Source: an uncultured Spirochaetota bacterium
GTDB taxonomy: Bacteria; Spirochaetota; Brevinematia; Brevinematales; JAOACQ01
Length of the DNA: 64,000 bases
Direction: 5' to 3'
NCBI GenBank assembly: GCA_963835575.1
Contig: CAWIGG010000006.1
Coordinates: 256,001 to 320,000 of the forward strand
Shown here: positions 1 through 10,049 of the stretch, piece after piece
Layout of the letters: every line of letters starts with the position of its first letter
Position numbering within the stretch: the stretch's first letter is position 1
Made by a program: the position numbers and the translations under genes
The notes under the pieces: model-generated
What the model was told of the DNA's origin: nothing
Database searches by the model: none
Seen by the model: the letters and a program-made list of their open reading frames with translations, nothing else

Positions 1-1
1 C

Positions 2-673
2 TATGATAAAGAAAGATTCCGGATGCTCCTTCTGGATGAAAAGACAATGTTTTCCGCTCTTTTTAATAAAGAACTGCAGCATATCATCATGCGGACTGAG
101 GTTGTCGTCTGTTCCTCACAGACAGTGTCCTGGATGGTTAAAATGTTCACGGGCAAAACAGTCCCGATTATAATGCCGGTCACGCTTTTCCTTGACCTGA
201 TGCGGGCTGCCGATGAAATGAATTACACCGTTTTTCTTTTCGGAGGATCAAAAAATGTATCAATGGAAACCATCAAACGGATCCGCAAGTCATTTCCGCA
301 GGCGAGGATTGTCGGCAGCTACCGCTCCAATATCAAAAGCCAGGAGCTTCAGGATGTTCTGATCACGATCCGTAAAAGCTCGCCTCAAATATTCATCGCC
401 AGCTACAGTTCCGGGCCGAAACAGGAAAAATGGATAACCAAAAACCTGCCATATTACCAGAATTCAGTCGTTACAGGCGTCGGCAATTCTTTTAAAGTGA
501 TTGCGGGCAAGAAAAAAATGCCGCCCATCTGGTTCCAGAAAAAAGGCTGGAACGGCTTTTATACTTTTCTGACCCATCCCTATAATATAGTCCGGCTTTT
601 CCGCATTATTTTTCTGTTCGCGCTGACAGTCTATTATAAGATAAAAAGCAAGTTTAAGAGAGGGAGGAAATGA
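2..673 (+). CDS. WecB/TagA/CpsF family glycosyltransferase (5' end probably outside window)
   Basis: VFLFGG...IRKSFPQARIVG, PKQEKWI and GVGNSFKVIAG motifs; the frame of ORF 23..673 stays open to the window edge. Confidence 0.8.
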   Translation, partial: YDKERFRMLLLDEKTMFSALFNKELQHIIMRTEVVVCSSQTVSWMVKMFTGKTVPIIMPVTLFLDLMRAADEMNYTVFLFGGSKNVSMETIKRIRKSFPQARIVGSYRSNIKSQELQDVLITIRKSSPQIFIASYSSGPKQEKWITKNLPYYQNSVVTGVGNSFKVIAGKKKMPPIWFQKKGWNGFYTFLTHPYNIVRLFRIIFLFALTVYYKIKSKFKRGRK

Positions 674-1713
674 CGCAGATAGTCAGGACAGTTTATCTCG
701 AAAACGACAGGCTTTTTATAATAGATCAAAGGCTACTTCCGAAGGAAGAAAGTTATCTGGAGCTTAAAAACGAGGAAGAGGTTTATCAGGCCATCAAAAC
801 CCTGGCGGTTCGGGGCGCGCCCGCGATCGGCGTAACAGCGGCATACGGCGCTTATGTTTCCGTCAGGAATTATTTAAATATGAAAAGTTTCCCTGAATTT
901 AAAAAAAAGGCCGAAGCCATCCTGAAGCGGCTGGGGCAAAGCCGTCCTACGGCATATAATCTTTTTTACGCTCTGGGCAGGCTGAGGGAGATTTTAAAGA
1001 AAAGCGGCAGTAAAGAGGACCTTCAGAGGAAATGGAAAAAAGAATCGCTTCAGATTCACAGGGAAGATTTAGAGAAATCGGAGAATATCGCGGTCTTCGG
1101 CAATGAAATAATACCTGAAAAGGCGAAGATCATCACGCACTGCAACGCGGGCGGATTGGCGACAGGCGGCGGCGGGACCGCCCTTGCCGTTATTTTCAGG
1201 GCTTTCAGGGAAAAGAAAGGGATTTTTGTTTATACGGATGAGACAAGGCCGCTCCTGCAGGGCTCAAGGCTGACGGCCTGGGAGCTTGAAAAAACAGGCG
1301 TCCAGTACGAGATTATCTGCGACAACATGGCCGCTTCGGTGATGGCCGTTAAAGGTATTGATCTTGTTCTGGTCGGCGCGGACCGGATCGCCCGGAACGG
1401 CGATTTCGCGAATAAAATCGGCACATATTCCCTGGCTGTGCTCGCGCATTACCATGGGGTCCCGTTTTATACCGCGGCGCCGTTGTCCACATTTGATCTT
1501 TCCATCGAAAGCGGTTTAAAAATACCGATTGAACAAAGGGACAAAAATGAGGTCCTGCGTTGCGGCGGGAATGAGACAGCCCCTCTGAATGCGCATGCTT
1601 ATAATCCCGCGTTTGATGTCACTCCGCACCGGCTGTTGACGGGGATAATAACAGAACATGGGATCATTTATCCGCCATTTGCGACAAATATCCCTAAAAT
1701 ATTAAACAGGTAA
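670..1713 (+). CDS. mtnA: S-methyl-5-thioribose-1-phosphate isomerase
   Basis: DQRLLP, VRGAPAIG, THCNAG, ETRPLLQGSRLTAWEL, GADRIARNGDFANKIGT, NPAFDVTP motifs. Confidence 0.95.
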   Translation: MTQIVRTVYLENDRLFIIDQRLLPKEESYLELKNEEEVYQAIKTLAVRGAPAIGVTAAYGAYVSVRNYLNMKSFPEFKKKAEAILKRLGQSRPTAYNLFYALGRLREILKKSGSKEDLQRKWKKESLQIHREDLEKSENIAVFGNEIIPEKAKIITHCNAGGLATGGGGTALAVIFRAFREKKGIFVYTDETRPLLQGSRLTAWELEKTGVQYEIICDNMAASVMAVKGIDLVLVGADRIARNGDFANKIGTYSLAVLAHYHGVPFYTAAPLSTFDLSIESGLKIPIEQRDKNEVLRCGGNETAPLNAHAYNPAFDVTPHRLLTGIITEHGIIYPPFATNIPKILNR

Positions 1714-1718
1714 AAAAT

Positions 1719-2873
1719 ATGGCTTTTTTTAAGAAAAATAATATTGATCTCGGGATCATCATTGGCGAAAACAGCTATAATTTTCTCTCGTTTGATGAAT
1801 ACGCGGAGCATTTTCTTCTGCCTTATTCGCCCCGTTTCTGCAATATAGATTTTGCCATCAGTTCGGTCTCGACGATCCAGCTTCAGCATGTCGTGGTTTT
1901 TGTAAAAAGGGACAAGGATATCGTTCTCAATTATCTTGTCAAGGGCTGGCCCTTTATAAAATTCTATGTGTTCGATTACCTGGATATCGCTGAGAAATTT
2001 GGGCAGTTCCTGATGGATTTTTCAAAGGAGAATTCCCTGCAGAGCATCATCATCATGAAGGGCAATTATCCCATCTGGTTTGATATGAAAACGCTGAAAA
2101 GCGAACTTGAGACCACTCCCAATATCGCGATAAAAACAAAATACGCTATGAAGAATTATTTCTGCGGCCTGGTTGTGGAAAAAGACATCTTCATTAAAAA
2201 ATATGAAAGTCTTTTTCTTGATGAATCCAATCTTGACGTGGACATAATCCAGAAAATCATAAAGGAATTCAATATCCGCTCTGTTGACGCGAAAGGCTAC
2301 ATTATGCCTTTCAAAAGCCTGAAGGAATATTATGACGTCCATCTGAGTATGATCGATGATTACCTGATGCTGGATAACTATAACGCTTATGTGCCAATAC
2401 GGGGGGATATTACCTCAGTCAGCTCTTCTTCGCTGGGGCGCGGATCTCATATCACCAATTCAATCGTGGGCGAGAATGTGGAAATCCATGGAAAAGTCGA
2501 AAACTCGGTGATCTTTTCCAATGTCCGCATTGATAAACATGCCGTTATAAAAAATTCGCTGGTCCTGCCCGGGCATCATATCGGGCATAATGCCTTTATC
2601 GTCAATTCAATCATTGATGAATATTCAGAAGACAGCACCCTTCCCACCATAGAGCCGCACGCTTCCATCGGCAGCGAAAATGCGACGAAGGTTAATAAGG
2701 CTTTCAAGGAAATACTCAACTTCGGCGTCACTTTAATCGGAAAGGATGTCAAGGTCCCCGCGGGCATGAAAATCGGCGGGAACTGTTATATCGACAGTTT
2801 TATTTCTGTCTCCACACTTAAACAGGAAAGGTTTCTGAAAGACGGGGAAGTTCTTGTGAGGGAAAAATCATAA
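1719..2873 (+). CDS. GlgC/GlgD-like ADP-glucose pyrophosphorylase family protein, probably non-catalytic (GlgD-like)
   Basis: LLPYSPRFCNIDFAISS resembles the PFGGRYRLIDF motif; C-terminal hexapeptide beta-helix (NSIVG..VEIHGKVENSVIF); no N-terminal GGxGxRL motif. Confidence 0.6.
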   Translation: MAFFKKNNIDLGIIIGENSYNFLSFDEYAEHFLLPYSPRFCNIDFAISSVSTIQLQHVVVFVKRDKDIVLNYLVKGWPFIKFYVFDYLDIAEKFGQFLMDFSKENSLQSIIIMKGNYPIWFDMKTLKSELETTPNIAIKTKYAMKNYFCGLVVEKDIFIKKYESLFLDESNLDVDIIQKIIKEFNIRSVDAKGYIMPFKSLKEYYDVHLSMIDDYLMLDNYNAYVPIRGDITSVSSSSLGRGSHITNSIVGENVEIHGKVENSVIFSNVRIDKHAVIKNSLVLPGHHIGHNAFIVNSIIDEYSEDSTLPTIEPHASIGSENATKVNKAFKEILNFGVTLIGKDVKVPAGMKIGGNCYIDSFISVSTLKQERFLKDGEVLVREKS

Positions 2874-4145
2874 AGGAAAGACGGTTTTTCCTCCGGCGAT
2901 CGTATATTCGACGCAGCCTGAAAATCTCATCCCCAGGAAAGCGCTGTTTTTTGAGCGCGAAATCATATTTTCTTTTTTTATCTCAAAACTTTTATCAGGA
3001 TCGAACAGAGTCAGTGACGCTGTTCCTCCTGTTTCCAGGCGCCCTGATTCTATTCCCAGGATCCGCGCCGGCTGCAGGGTGATAAGCTTCAGCCAGTCTA
3101 ATATATTCACCTTCTTTTTTTTAACAAGATGCGTGTATGTCGAGGCCAGGAAGGTTTCGAACCCGATGGCGCCGAACGGCGCTTTCTCAAACGGCAGATT
3201 CTTTTCCTTTTCAGAATGAGGGGCGTGGTCAGTGGCCAGCGCGTCGATGATGCCGTTTATTACGGCCTCTTCTATGGCTTTTCTATCTTGTTCCGGCCGG
3301 AGCGGCGGGTTCATTTTTTTATCCGGGTCAAGCTTTTTTAAAAGTATGCTTTCCGAAAGCAGAAGATGGTGCGGCGTGCAGTCGCATGTAATGAGACCCG
3401 GATAATAATCTTTCAGCGCCCGGACAGCTTCTATGGACTTCTGCGTGGAGACATGGGTGAAATGCACCCTTGCCCCTGTCATGCCCGCGATGGTCCCGAG
3501 GCTCCAGATCGCAAGGCTTTCCGCTTCCGCGGGCTGGCCGGGCAGGGAATATTTTTTAGAAGCGGCGCCGTAACTCAACGGTCTATTTTTTGAAAGGGCG
3601 CGGACTTCCGGGTGTTCGATCAGAAGTGCCTTAGCATGTTTCGCCGCCAGACAGATTTTTTCCATCACTTCAAAGTCCTGCGCGCTCGAGCCGTCGTCGC
3701 TGAAAGCGGCGCAGCCGGCCTTTTTATTCCGGAAGAAATCCACAGGCTCAAGCCCAAGCCTGCCTTTCGTCATGCAGGACGCGAAAAGCATCCTGATTAC
3801 TGAATCCCGGGCCGCTATTTCTTTGAGCCCGGCTATAAGCCGGGGATTATCAACCGGAGGCTTTGTGTTCGGCATGGCCAGGACGGTCGTGATGCCTCCC
3901 TTTGCCGCGGCGCGCGAACCCGTACCTATTGTTTCTTTATGGGTCTCGCCCGGTTCCCTGAGGTGGGCATGCAGATCGATCAGGCCCGGGATCACAAATA
4001 AGCCCCTGGCTTCTATGACAGGCTCATTTTTTTCTTCTATATTATGAGCAATTTTTTTTATTCTGTCTTTGACTATTAAAATATCCAGTTTTTTGCCGTC
4101 TATTTTATTCCTGCAGTCGAAAACAATGCCGTTTTTTATGATCAT
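2868..4145 (-). CDS. pyrC: Dihydroorotase (type I)
   Basis: PGLIDLHAHLREPG, GGITTVLAMPNT, KMNPPLR, ATDHAPH. Confidence 0.93.
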   Translation of the reverse strand: MIIKNGIVFDCRNKIDGKKLDILIVKDRIKKIAHNIEEKNEPVIEARGLFVIPGLIDLHAHLREPGETHKETIGTGSRAAAKGGITTVLAMPNTKPPVDNPRLIAGLKEIAARDSVIRMLFASCMTKGRLGLEPVDFFRNKKAGCAAFSDDGSSAQDFEVMEKICLAAKHAKALLIEHPEVRALSKNRPLSYGAASKKYSLPGQPAEAESLAIWSLGTIAGMTGARVHFTHVSTQKSIEAVRALKDYYPGLITCDCTPHHLLLSESILLKKLDPDKKMNPPLRPEQDRKAIEEAVINGIIDALATDHAPHSEKEKNLPFEKAPFGAIGFETFLASTYTHLVKKKKVNILDWLKLITLQPARILGIESGRLETGGTASLTLFDPDKSFEIKKENMISRSKNSAFLGMRFSGCVEYTIAGGKTVFPL

Positions 4146-4165
4146 AAGACATCCCCGCTTGTTAA

Positions 4166-5254
4166 TTACCAGAGATTATAAACCCTTTCCGGCGAATCCG
4201 GGTTCCCGGTCTCGTCAAAATATTTGGCCTTTTCAATGGGAATATAAATCTTAATCCGCTCTTTTTTTTCGACAGGATAGTCCAGAGGCGCTTCCACGCC
4301 GAATAGTTCACCATTTTTTTCGATAAAAATGATTTTCCTGCCGTCCTGTATGAAATTCTCAATGAATGAAACCTCTCCCTCGAGCTCGATGGAATCATCC
4401 ATTTTTTTCAGCCGGCATTCGTCCGGCCGGATTGTCAGAGTGTAGGCTATCCTGCTGTTCGTCAGGTATTTAACCTCTTCGGCAGGCAGTATGTTGTTTG
4501 TCTTTTCTCCAATAATAGTTGAGACAAAAAGCGTTTTTGGGTTGTCGTAAAGCTCCTGGTAAGTTCCTACCTGCTCAACAATCCCTTTCTGCATCACGGC
4601 GATATTATCGGAAATTTCCCCGATCTCCATTTGATTATGGGAAACGTAAACGGCCGTGATGTTGTTTTCTTTAATCATCTTCCTGAGATTATGGCGGATT
4701 TCAGTACGCAGGCTGTCTTCAATGTTCGAGAGCGGCTCGTCCAGCAGCAGTATTTTAGGGCAGGATATAACGGCTTTTCCGATGGCTATCCTCTGCCTTT
4801 CCCCCAGTGAAGTGTACCGGGGAAATTTATTCAAAAGCATCTCCTCATCTATATGCAGGAGACTTGCCACCTTTTCTATTTCAATAGAATGATGTGATTT
4901 ATCCCTGGATGTATGAAGAAGGACCGGAAAATTAATATTTTTCAAATTCGTCATATGAGGGTATAAGACAAAGTCCTGGAAGACGATCGAAATGCCGCGT
5001 TTAAACGGCGGATCTCTGGTGATGTCTTTTTCCTCTAAATATATCTCGCCGGCCTCGGGAAAAACAAGCCCGGCAATTATTTTTAGCAGTATTGTCTTTC
5101 CGCAGCCGCTCGGGCCGACAATGCCGAAGATCTCCCCTTCGTTGATATTAAGGCTGATATCATGAAGAATCTGTTTAGAATTTCTGGAAAAAGAGAAAAT
5201 ACTTTTTAAATTAAACTCGAAGACATGAATATGATGAAGCTTTAAATAAAACAT
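4166..5254 (-). CDS. MalK/PotA-like ABC transporter ATP-binding protein
   Basis: Walker A GPSGCGKT, Walker B LLLDEPLS, degenerate signature TSLGERQR, C-terminal TOBE-like region. Confidence 0.85.
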   Translation of the reverse strand: MFYLKLHHIHVFEFNLKSIFSFSRNSKQILHDISLNINEGEIFGIVGPSGCGKTILLKIIAGLVFPEAGEIYLEEKDITRDPPFKRGISIVFQDFVLYPHMTNLKNINFPVLLHTSRDKSHHSIEIEKVASLLHIDEEMLLNKFPRYTSLGERQRIAIGKAVISCPKILLLDEPLSNIEDSLRTEIRHNLRKMIKENNITAVYVSHNQMEIGEISDNIAVMQKGIVEQVGTYQELYDNPKTLFVSTIIGEKTNNILPAEEVKYLTNSRIAYTLTIRPDECRLKKMDDSIELEGEVSFIENFIQDGRKIIFIEKNGELFGVEAPLDYPVEKKERIKIYIPIEKAKYFDETGNPDSPERVYNLW

Positions 5255-5384
5255 AGGGGCCCTTTTTTTTTATTTATAGTCATTTCCAAAAACCCGGGAT
5301 TTTGAATCTGTCCTTATTATATATATTTTAATGATACTTTTCAATATAAATAGGGCTTAATGAAAAAATAAGAATTTCAACACA

Positions 5385-5450
5385 AAGTCCGTCCCTCACC
5401 AGTTTACCGGGTTGCACCGGGGAATCAAGCAAACTGGTGAGGGACGACTT
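5385..5450. repeat. CCCTCACCA-arm palindromic element, copy 1
   Basis: Arms AAGTCCGTCCCTCACCAGTTT / AAACTGGTGAGGGACGACTT around a 25-nt spacer. Confidence 0.8.
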
Positions 5451-5757
5451 CTTTTATTAAGTGCTAACAATATGCATTTTAAAATACAAGGATTTTTTCA
5501 TATTGGTACAATATCCTTACACTTATTTAATCTGAAATAAAGTTAATTAATTTAATAATAAATTATGACTTATTCGGCAAATCCTTAATAACGTTCACTT
5601 TTTTATACACATGGATATTATACGTCCGGAGTATTTGATGAAAACCCGGATTTGAATTACCGTGGCGAGTTGATGAACGGAGTAAAACATGCGGGAATCG
5701 TTCCACTTCGGATTAATCCCAAATTGAGCGATACTTAAAGCAAAAGCTTATAAATAG

Positions 5758-5809
5758 CCCCTCATCAGTGTGTTATGCCAAACTGTTGTTACAGACAGCT
5801 GGTGAGTGG
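5758..5809. repeat. CCCTCACCA-arm palindromic element, degenerate copy 2
   Basis: CCCCTCATCAG...CTGGTGAGTGG; preceded by AAATTGAGCGAT (5721-5732), as is the copy at 47396. Confidence 0.55.
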
Positions 5810-5962
5810 AATTATCGATATTATAAATAAAAATATTTTAGCCAGGCAGTTCGGGTTAATTTTTAATTAAGGTTAATCCCGGTTAATATTGGCACTGCTT
5901 TTGCTAATAAGTATTTGAAAATGCCGATAATTTACATGTGATTTCCTGTATGGAGGCATAAT

Positions 5963-6340
5963 ATGAAAGAGACTTTTTCTCTCCTGGAAAAGGACGACAA
6001 AACTTATAATTATGTCAAACAGTATTACAAGGTTATAAAAGAAGGACATTCTCCTATGATAGTCGATGCGTACATTCAGAAAAATGAAATAGAAAGGCAT
6101 CTCTGCCTGAAATGCGTAGACCCTGATGATCAGAAATCCATATGCGAATGGATCCAGTGCTACAGCTCAAGCTTCCGTTCCTATCTAAATTCGCTGAAAA
6201 TGCTGGCGCTGTCGATCTTTTTTATGAATAAATATCAATCCCTGATCCCTGCAGAAACCCTCAGTTTTGAGCTTTTCTGCCGGGCCGTCAATATCTGGAA
6301 TGAAAGGAAAGAAGAAGTAGTGGATTCTATATTTATCTAA
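5963..6340 (+). CDS. Hypothetical protein
   Basis: 125-aa ORF with GGAGG RBS; CLKC motif; family not recognised. Confidence 0.7.
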   Translation: MKETFSLLEKDDKTYNYVKQYYKVIKEGHSPMIVDAYIQKNEIERHLCLKCVDPDDQKSICEWIQCYSSSFRSYLNSLKMLALSIFFMNKYQSLIPAETLSFELFCRAVNIWNERKEEVVDSIFI

Positions 6341-6386
6341 GCCGGCAGCCTGCTGATTATTTCAGAGAGATTTATCTGACAGCTCT

Positions 6387-9300
6387 TTAATATTCGACGT
6401 TTAATTTATCCCTTCGGAGGCATGCCTTTGTATAGGGGCAGAATCCGCATTTCTTATCCGATTCTGTCTTTATCGAAGAACCTTCCTGATAAAAACGCCG
6501 GTAAAATCCGAGTATTTCCTCCTGATAATCTGTTTCCAGTGTAAACGGCAGGAAATTACCGTCCCTGATAAAATCAAAAACAGTTTCAATCTCGGTTTTC
6601 TTCTGGGCCCAGATTTTTTCAAAAGTGTTACCGGCAGATTTGTTATTATCAGTGGCCGCCTTAATTTTACAGGGATAGGGAAGGACATCCATTTTTTTGA
6701 ATGGACCCTCTTTTTCTATCGATACATAGGATATTTTTTCCACAGGCTTCCCGAGCGACCAGGCGTATATAAAGCCCTGAAAGAGTTTGAGAGGAATAAG
6801 GAAATCCCCTTTGTAATGATAAACATTGCCGCTTTTATAGTCCATAATGCGGAAGCTTTCACCATTTTCCCCTTCCTTTACATCAATTCTGTCGATACTG
6901 CCGTTTACAGGAAGGGCGGTTCCACCTTCCAGCTCAAGCTTTGCATTGATGGCGAATTCTGTTTCAACCGGTTTTAAATCCCGCAGGCATTGAGCGTCAT
7001 AGTCTATAAAGTTTCTGAGGATCCTGCGGTAATATTCTTTTTCAATGCTGAAAAGGCCCTGCTCCCCTTCCCGGTTCATGAATTCATTGAAATTATTTTC
7101 CACGCATTCATCCAGGACATTCCGGATTTCATTCCTGTGATTAATAAGATAGTCCCGGGGAAAGTCAGCGGTTTTTTCGATATATTCCTTCAGAACGGCA
7201 TGGTAAAAACTCCCCTTGAATGATGATTTGATTTTCTGGGAAGGATAGGCTTCCTCCCGGATGCCGAAGAGATATTTCAAGAGGAATAAATACCGGCAGT
7301 TGCCGAAAGTTTCCAGGCGCGAGCTGCTGAATATCATTTTATTGAGCTTACTTTGCGCCCAATCGCGGTTTAATCTGTTGGAGGGGGAATCCTCGTCAAA
7401 TTCAAGGCCGCCGAAATAACTCCTGCCGGTGGAAAGGCTTTTTAAAGTCTCTCTATCATCAGTTCTTACGCCTTCATAAATATCATTAAAAGCGCTGATG
7501 ATCTGATAATAGGAGCGCATTTTGCGGACGTCCTGATATATTGTATTTTCCAGCAGGATTTTTTTCTGCAGATTATTCTCAAGCAGGTCAAAATCATGCG
7601 ACAGGAGGCTGTTCATATCATAGAGGTCCATCCACTGTTCCGAAGGAACAATTTCAAAAAAGGAATCCTCTTCCTGAGTACCGTTTTTTTGTCCTTCAAT
7701 CAGTCTCAGCATTGCCGTAAGATAAAGAGAGGGCAATATCTCCCTTCCGGATTCATCATAGGGCGTTGTGCTGAGATACAGCCGCTCCCGGCATCTGGAT
7801 ATTGAGACGGCGAAATCCAGCCTTTCTGAAACGCTCCTTTTTTCTTCATCCTGGAATATGGCCCTGGAGGCGGTTTCGTTGACCCTCTTTTTCTCGGCCC
7901 CGTTCAAGAGCGAAAGGGATACCCCGCCGGGGAATTCCCCTTCATTAAGCCCGGCTATGAAAACGGCCCGGCTTGAGCTTTCCCTGATATCGAAAGGAGC
8001 GCCTATTTTCACGGCTTCCAGCGGATAATACTGAAAGCGGTATGTGACGTTCTGGACCAGGTTTTCAAACATCTGGAAAAATTCAAGCCTTGAAAAATCC
8101 TCCCTTCCCAGTATCCTGAGGGATTTTTTTAAAGAGAGCAGTGTGTCCTTTAATTTTCTGAACGCCGTGAATTCCTTTACCGCGATCAGGCTGCCGGCGG
8201 CCGCTTCTGAATTGAGAACTTCCCTGATCCCGAATCCGCTGATGAGGCCGGAAAGCCATTCAATAAAGCCGTCGATGCTTGTTTTTTCAGAAGGCAGAAA
8301 AATGATTGACAGGAATTGTCCCATTATTTTTTTCATTTCCATGGCTTCATTGATCTTCCGGTCCAATTCATCAGGGGTATAATCCCCTTCATCATCATAA
8401 AGGAAAAGATTATTCCGCATTTCCTTATAATATTTGATTTTCGCGTCAAAAGCTTTTTCCCATGATTCTTTATTCCCCCTGAAATATGAAGAGAGCACAC
8501 CGGTCAATCCCGCCAGGGTTTTAAAATTTTTATTGGACATAAAGTTTGAGTTGACAATGCTTAAGATTTGAACGCTGTCAACGGCGTTTTCTCTCATGAC
8601 GCATTCGCAGATATAAAAGATGTAGATAATAACGGGATTTTCCTTTAACGGCTCATCATGCGTATTATAGAAAGGGATCTGAAAACGTCCGAAAACGCTC
8701 TTGATACTGCTTCGATAGGCTTCCATATTCGGGATGATCATTGTCACATCATTATAACTGTAGTTTTCCATAATTTTGAGGCGCTTTATTTCATGAGCTA
8801 TTTTCTCAATCTCCCTGTATTTACCGAAAGCTTTTATGACTGATATCCGGGCTTCCGTTGGGATATTTTGAATAGCGCCGGACAGGAGGGATTTCGAAAT
8901 CTCCGCAAAAGGGTTTCCGCCTTCTTCAAGTGTTATGACTTCAATTTTAAAATTCTTATTGAAATCCTCGAAGGTTTTTTCCAGGAGAGGGTAAGCCGGG
9001 CCGGGAAGGGTGAGAAAAACTTTTTTATTCTGCTTTTCAAAAACACCGATCAGGGCTTTAATCAGCTCGAATTCAACGGACGTAAAATCAAAAAAACCGT
9101 CAATGGCCAGCATGGAACAGGAAGAAAAAATTGTGTTGTTTTTTATTTCCTTCGCGGTTTCCATAAAAAGCCTGTAACTGTCGCACAGGCCTTTATTCAT
9201 TAACCTTTCTTCATACTGTTCGAATATAGTGTATATATCTTTCCATTTCTCCGCTTCTCTGCCGGTTTTTTTCATGGCGCTGTTTTTTATTTTTTCATAA

Positions 9301-9695
9301 TCCCCCAGCACCATCCCGGCCTTGAGCTCCATGATGAGAGAATAGATGAGCCGGACCACGCCGCTGTACATTTCTATATTCTTGAAGTAATGAAGCTTTG
9401 TTTTATTTTCTTCAATAATAAGCCTGATCAGGATGAAAGACTCGAAATCGCTGATCGAATGGAACGGGCACCGTTCGTCCGGCAGCGCCTGTTTTAATAC
9501 GTCGCCGAATGTAAAAACGGCCCTTCCCGCGTAACCGGATATGTCTTTCGCGATTCTGCCGGAAAACTCATCGCGCTGTATCCTGGAAGGGACGAGGAGA
9601 AGGGGCTGTCTTTTTTCCTTAATCTCTTTTTCGACATGGGAAAGGATCAATTCGGTTTTACCTGATTTAAACCCGCCCCGGATGATGGTAACCAT
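6387..9695 (-). CDS. AddB/RexB-like PD-(D/E)XK nuclease subunit
   Basis: N-terminal GGFKSGKT, IDGFFDFT, SSSRLETFGNC, GSIDRID...IMDYKSG nuclease motif, C-terminal CGFCPYTKAC Fe-S ligands. Confidence 0.85.
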   Translation of the reverse strand: MVTIIRGGFKSGKTELILSHVEKEIKEKRQPLLLVPSRIQRDEFSGRIAKDISGYAGRAVFTFGDVLKQALPDERCPFHSISDFESFILIRLIIEENKTKLHYFKNIEMYSGVVRLIYSLIMELKAGMVLGDYEKIKNSAMKKTGREAEKWKDIYTIFEQYEERLMNKGLCDSYRLFMETAKEIKNNTIFSSCSMLAIDGFFDFTSVEFELIKALIGVFEKQNKKVFLTLPGPAYPLLEKTFEDFNKNFKIEVITLEEGGNPFAEISKSLLSGAIQNIPTEARISVIKAFGKYREIEKIAHEIKRLKIMENYSYNDVTMIIPNMEAYRSSIKSVFGRFQIPFYNTHDEPLKENPVIIYIFYICECVMRENAVDSVQILSIVNSNFMSNKNFKTLAGLTGVLSSYFRGNKESWEKAFDAKIKYYKEMRNNLFLYDDEGDYTPDELDRKINEAMEMKKIMGQFLSIIFLPSEKTSIDGFIEWLSGLISGFGIREVLNSEAAAGSLIAVKEFTAFRKLKDTLLSLKKSLRILGREDFSRLEFFQMFENLVQNVTYRFQYYPLEAVKIGAPFDIRESSSRAVFIAGLNEGEFPGGVSLSLLNGAEKKRVNETASRAIFQDEEKRSVSERLDFAVSISRCRERLYLSTTPYDESGREILPSLYLTAMLRLIEGQKNGTQEEDSFFEIVPSEQWMDLYDMNSLLSHDFDLLENNLQKKILLENTIYQDVRKMRSYYQIISAFNDIYEGVRTDDRETLKSLSTGRSYFGGLEFDEDSPSNRLNRDWAQSKLNKMIFSSSRLETFGNCRYLFLLKYLFGIREEAYPSQKIKSSFKGSFYHAVLKEYIEKTADFPRDYLINHRNEIRNVLDECVENNFNEFMNREGEQGLFSIEKEYYRRILRNFIDYDAQCLRDLKPVETEFAINAKLELEGGTALPVNGSIDRIDVKEGENGESFRIMDYKSGNVYHYKGDFLIPLKLFQGFIYAWSLGKPVEKISYVSIEKEGPFKKMDVLPYPCKIKAATDNNKSAGNTFEKIWAQKKTEIETVFDFIRDGNFLPFTLETDYQEEILGFYRRFYQEGSSIKTESDKKCGFCPYTKACLRRDKLNVEY

Positions 9696-9880
9696 AGCGC
9701 CTTCTTGAATTCATGTAAATTAATAATTTATTTTTTTCAGATGATTATTCAAACTATTATAATATTATTTATAACATTATGCATTTTTTATTCTTTATAT
9801 TTTTATTTTAATCATATTCAATCAATTCCATAATTTGATTTTTGTCCCATTCAATAATATAATAAACCCCTCTGTTATAA

Positions 9881-9955
9881 GCAGTTCCATCCCTCACCAT
9901 TTTGTTAGATGTCCTGCTGCTGTAAACAGGCAAAATGGTGAGGGATTGGAACTGC
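9881..9955. repeat. CCCTCACCA-arm palindromic element, copy 3 (upstream of ilvC)
   Basis: GCAGTTCCATCCCTCACCATTTTG / CAAAATGGTGAGGGATTGGAACTGC around a 26-nt spacer. Confidence 0.85.
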
Positions 9956-10049
9956 GCTAATTATTAAAGACCTTTTGGGTAATCTAAATGACGCGGGAAC
10001 TGCATAAGTCTGTACAAAGTCAATAAAAGAAATAATAAAGGAGGCTGTT

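Noticed and set aside
6387..9695. Cas4-like or defence nuclease
   Set aside because: Length, N-terminal helicase-like region and Fe-S pattern fit AddB; no cas or defence neighbours.
9700..10049. Attenuator, T-box or riboswitch upstream of ilvC
   Set aside because: No leader peptide or T-box consensus is visible, and the hairpin belongs to a family also found at unrelated loci.
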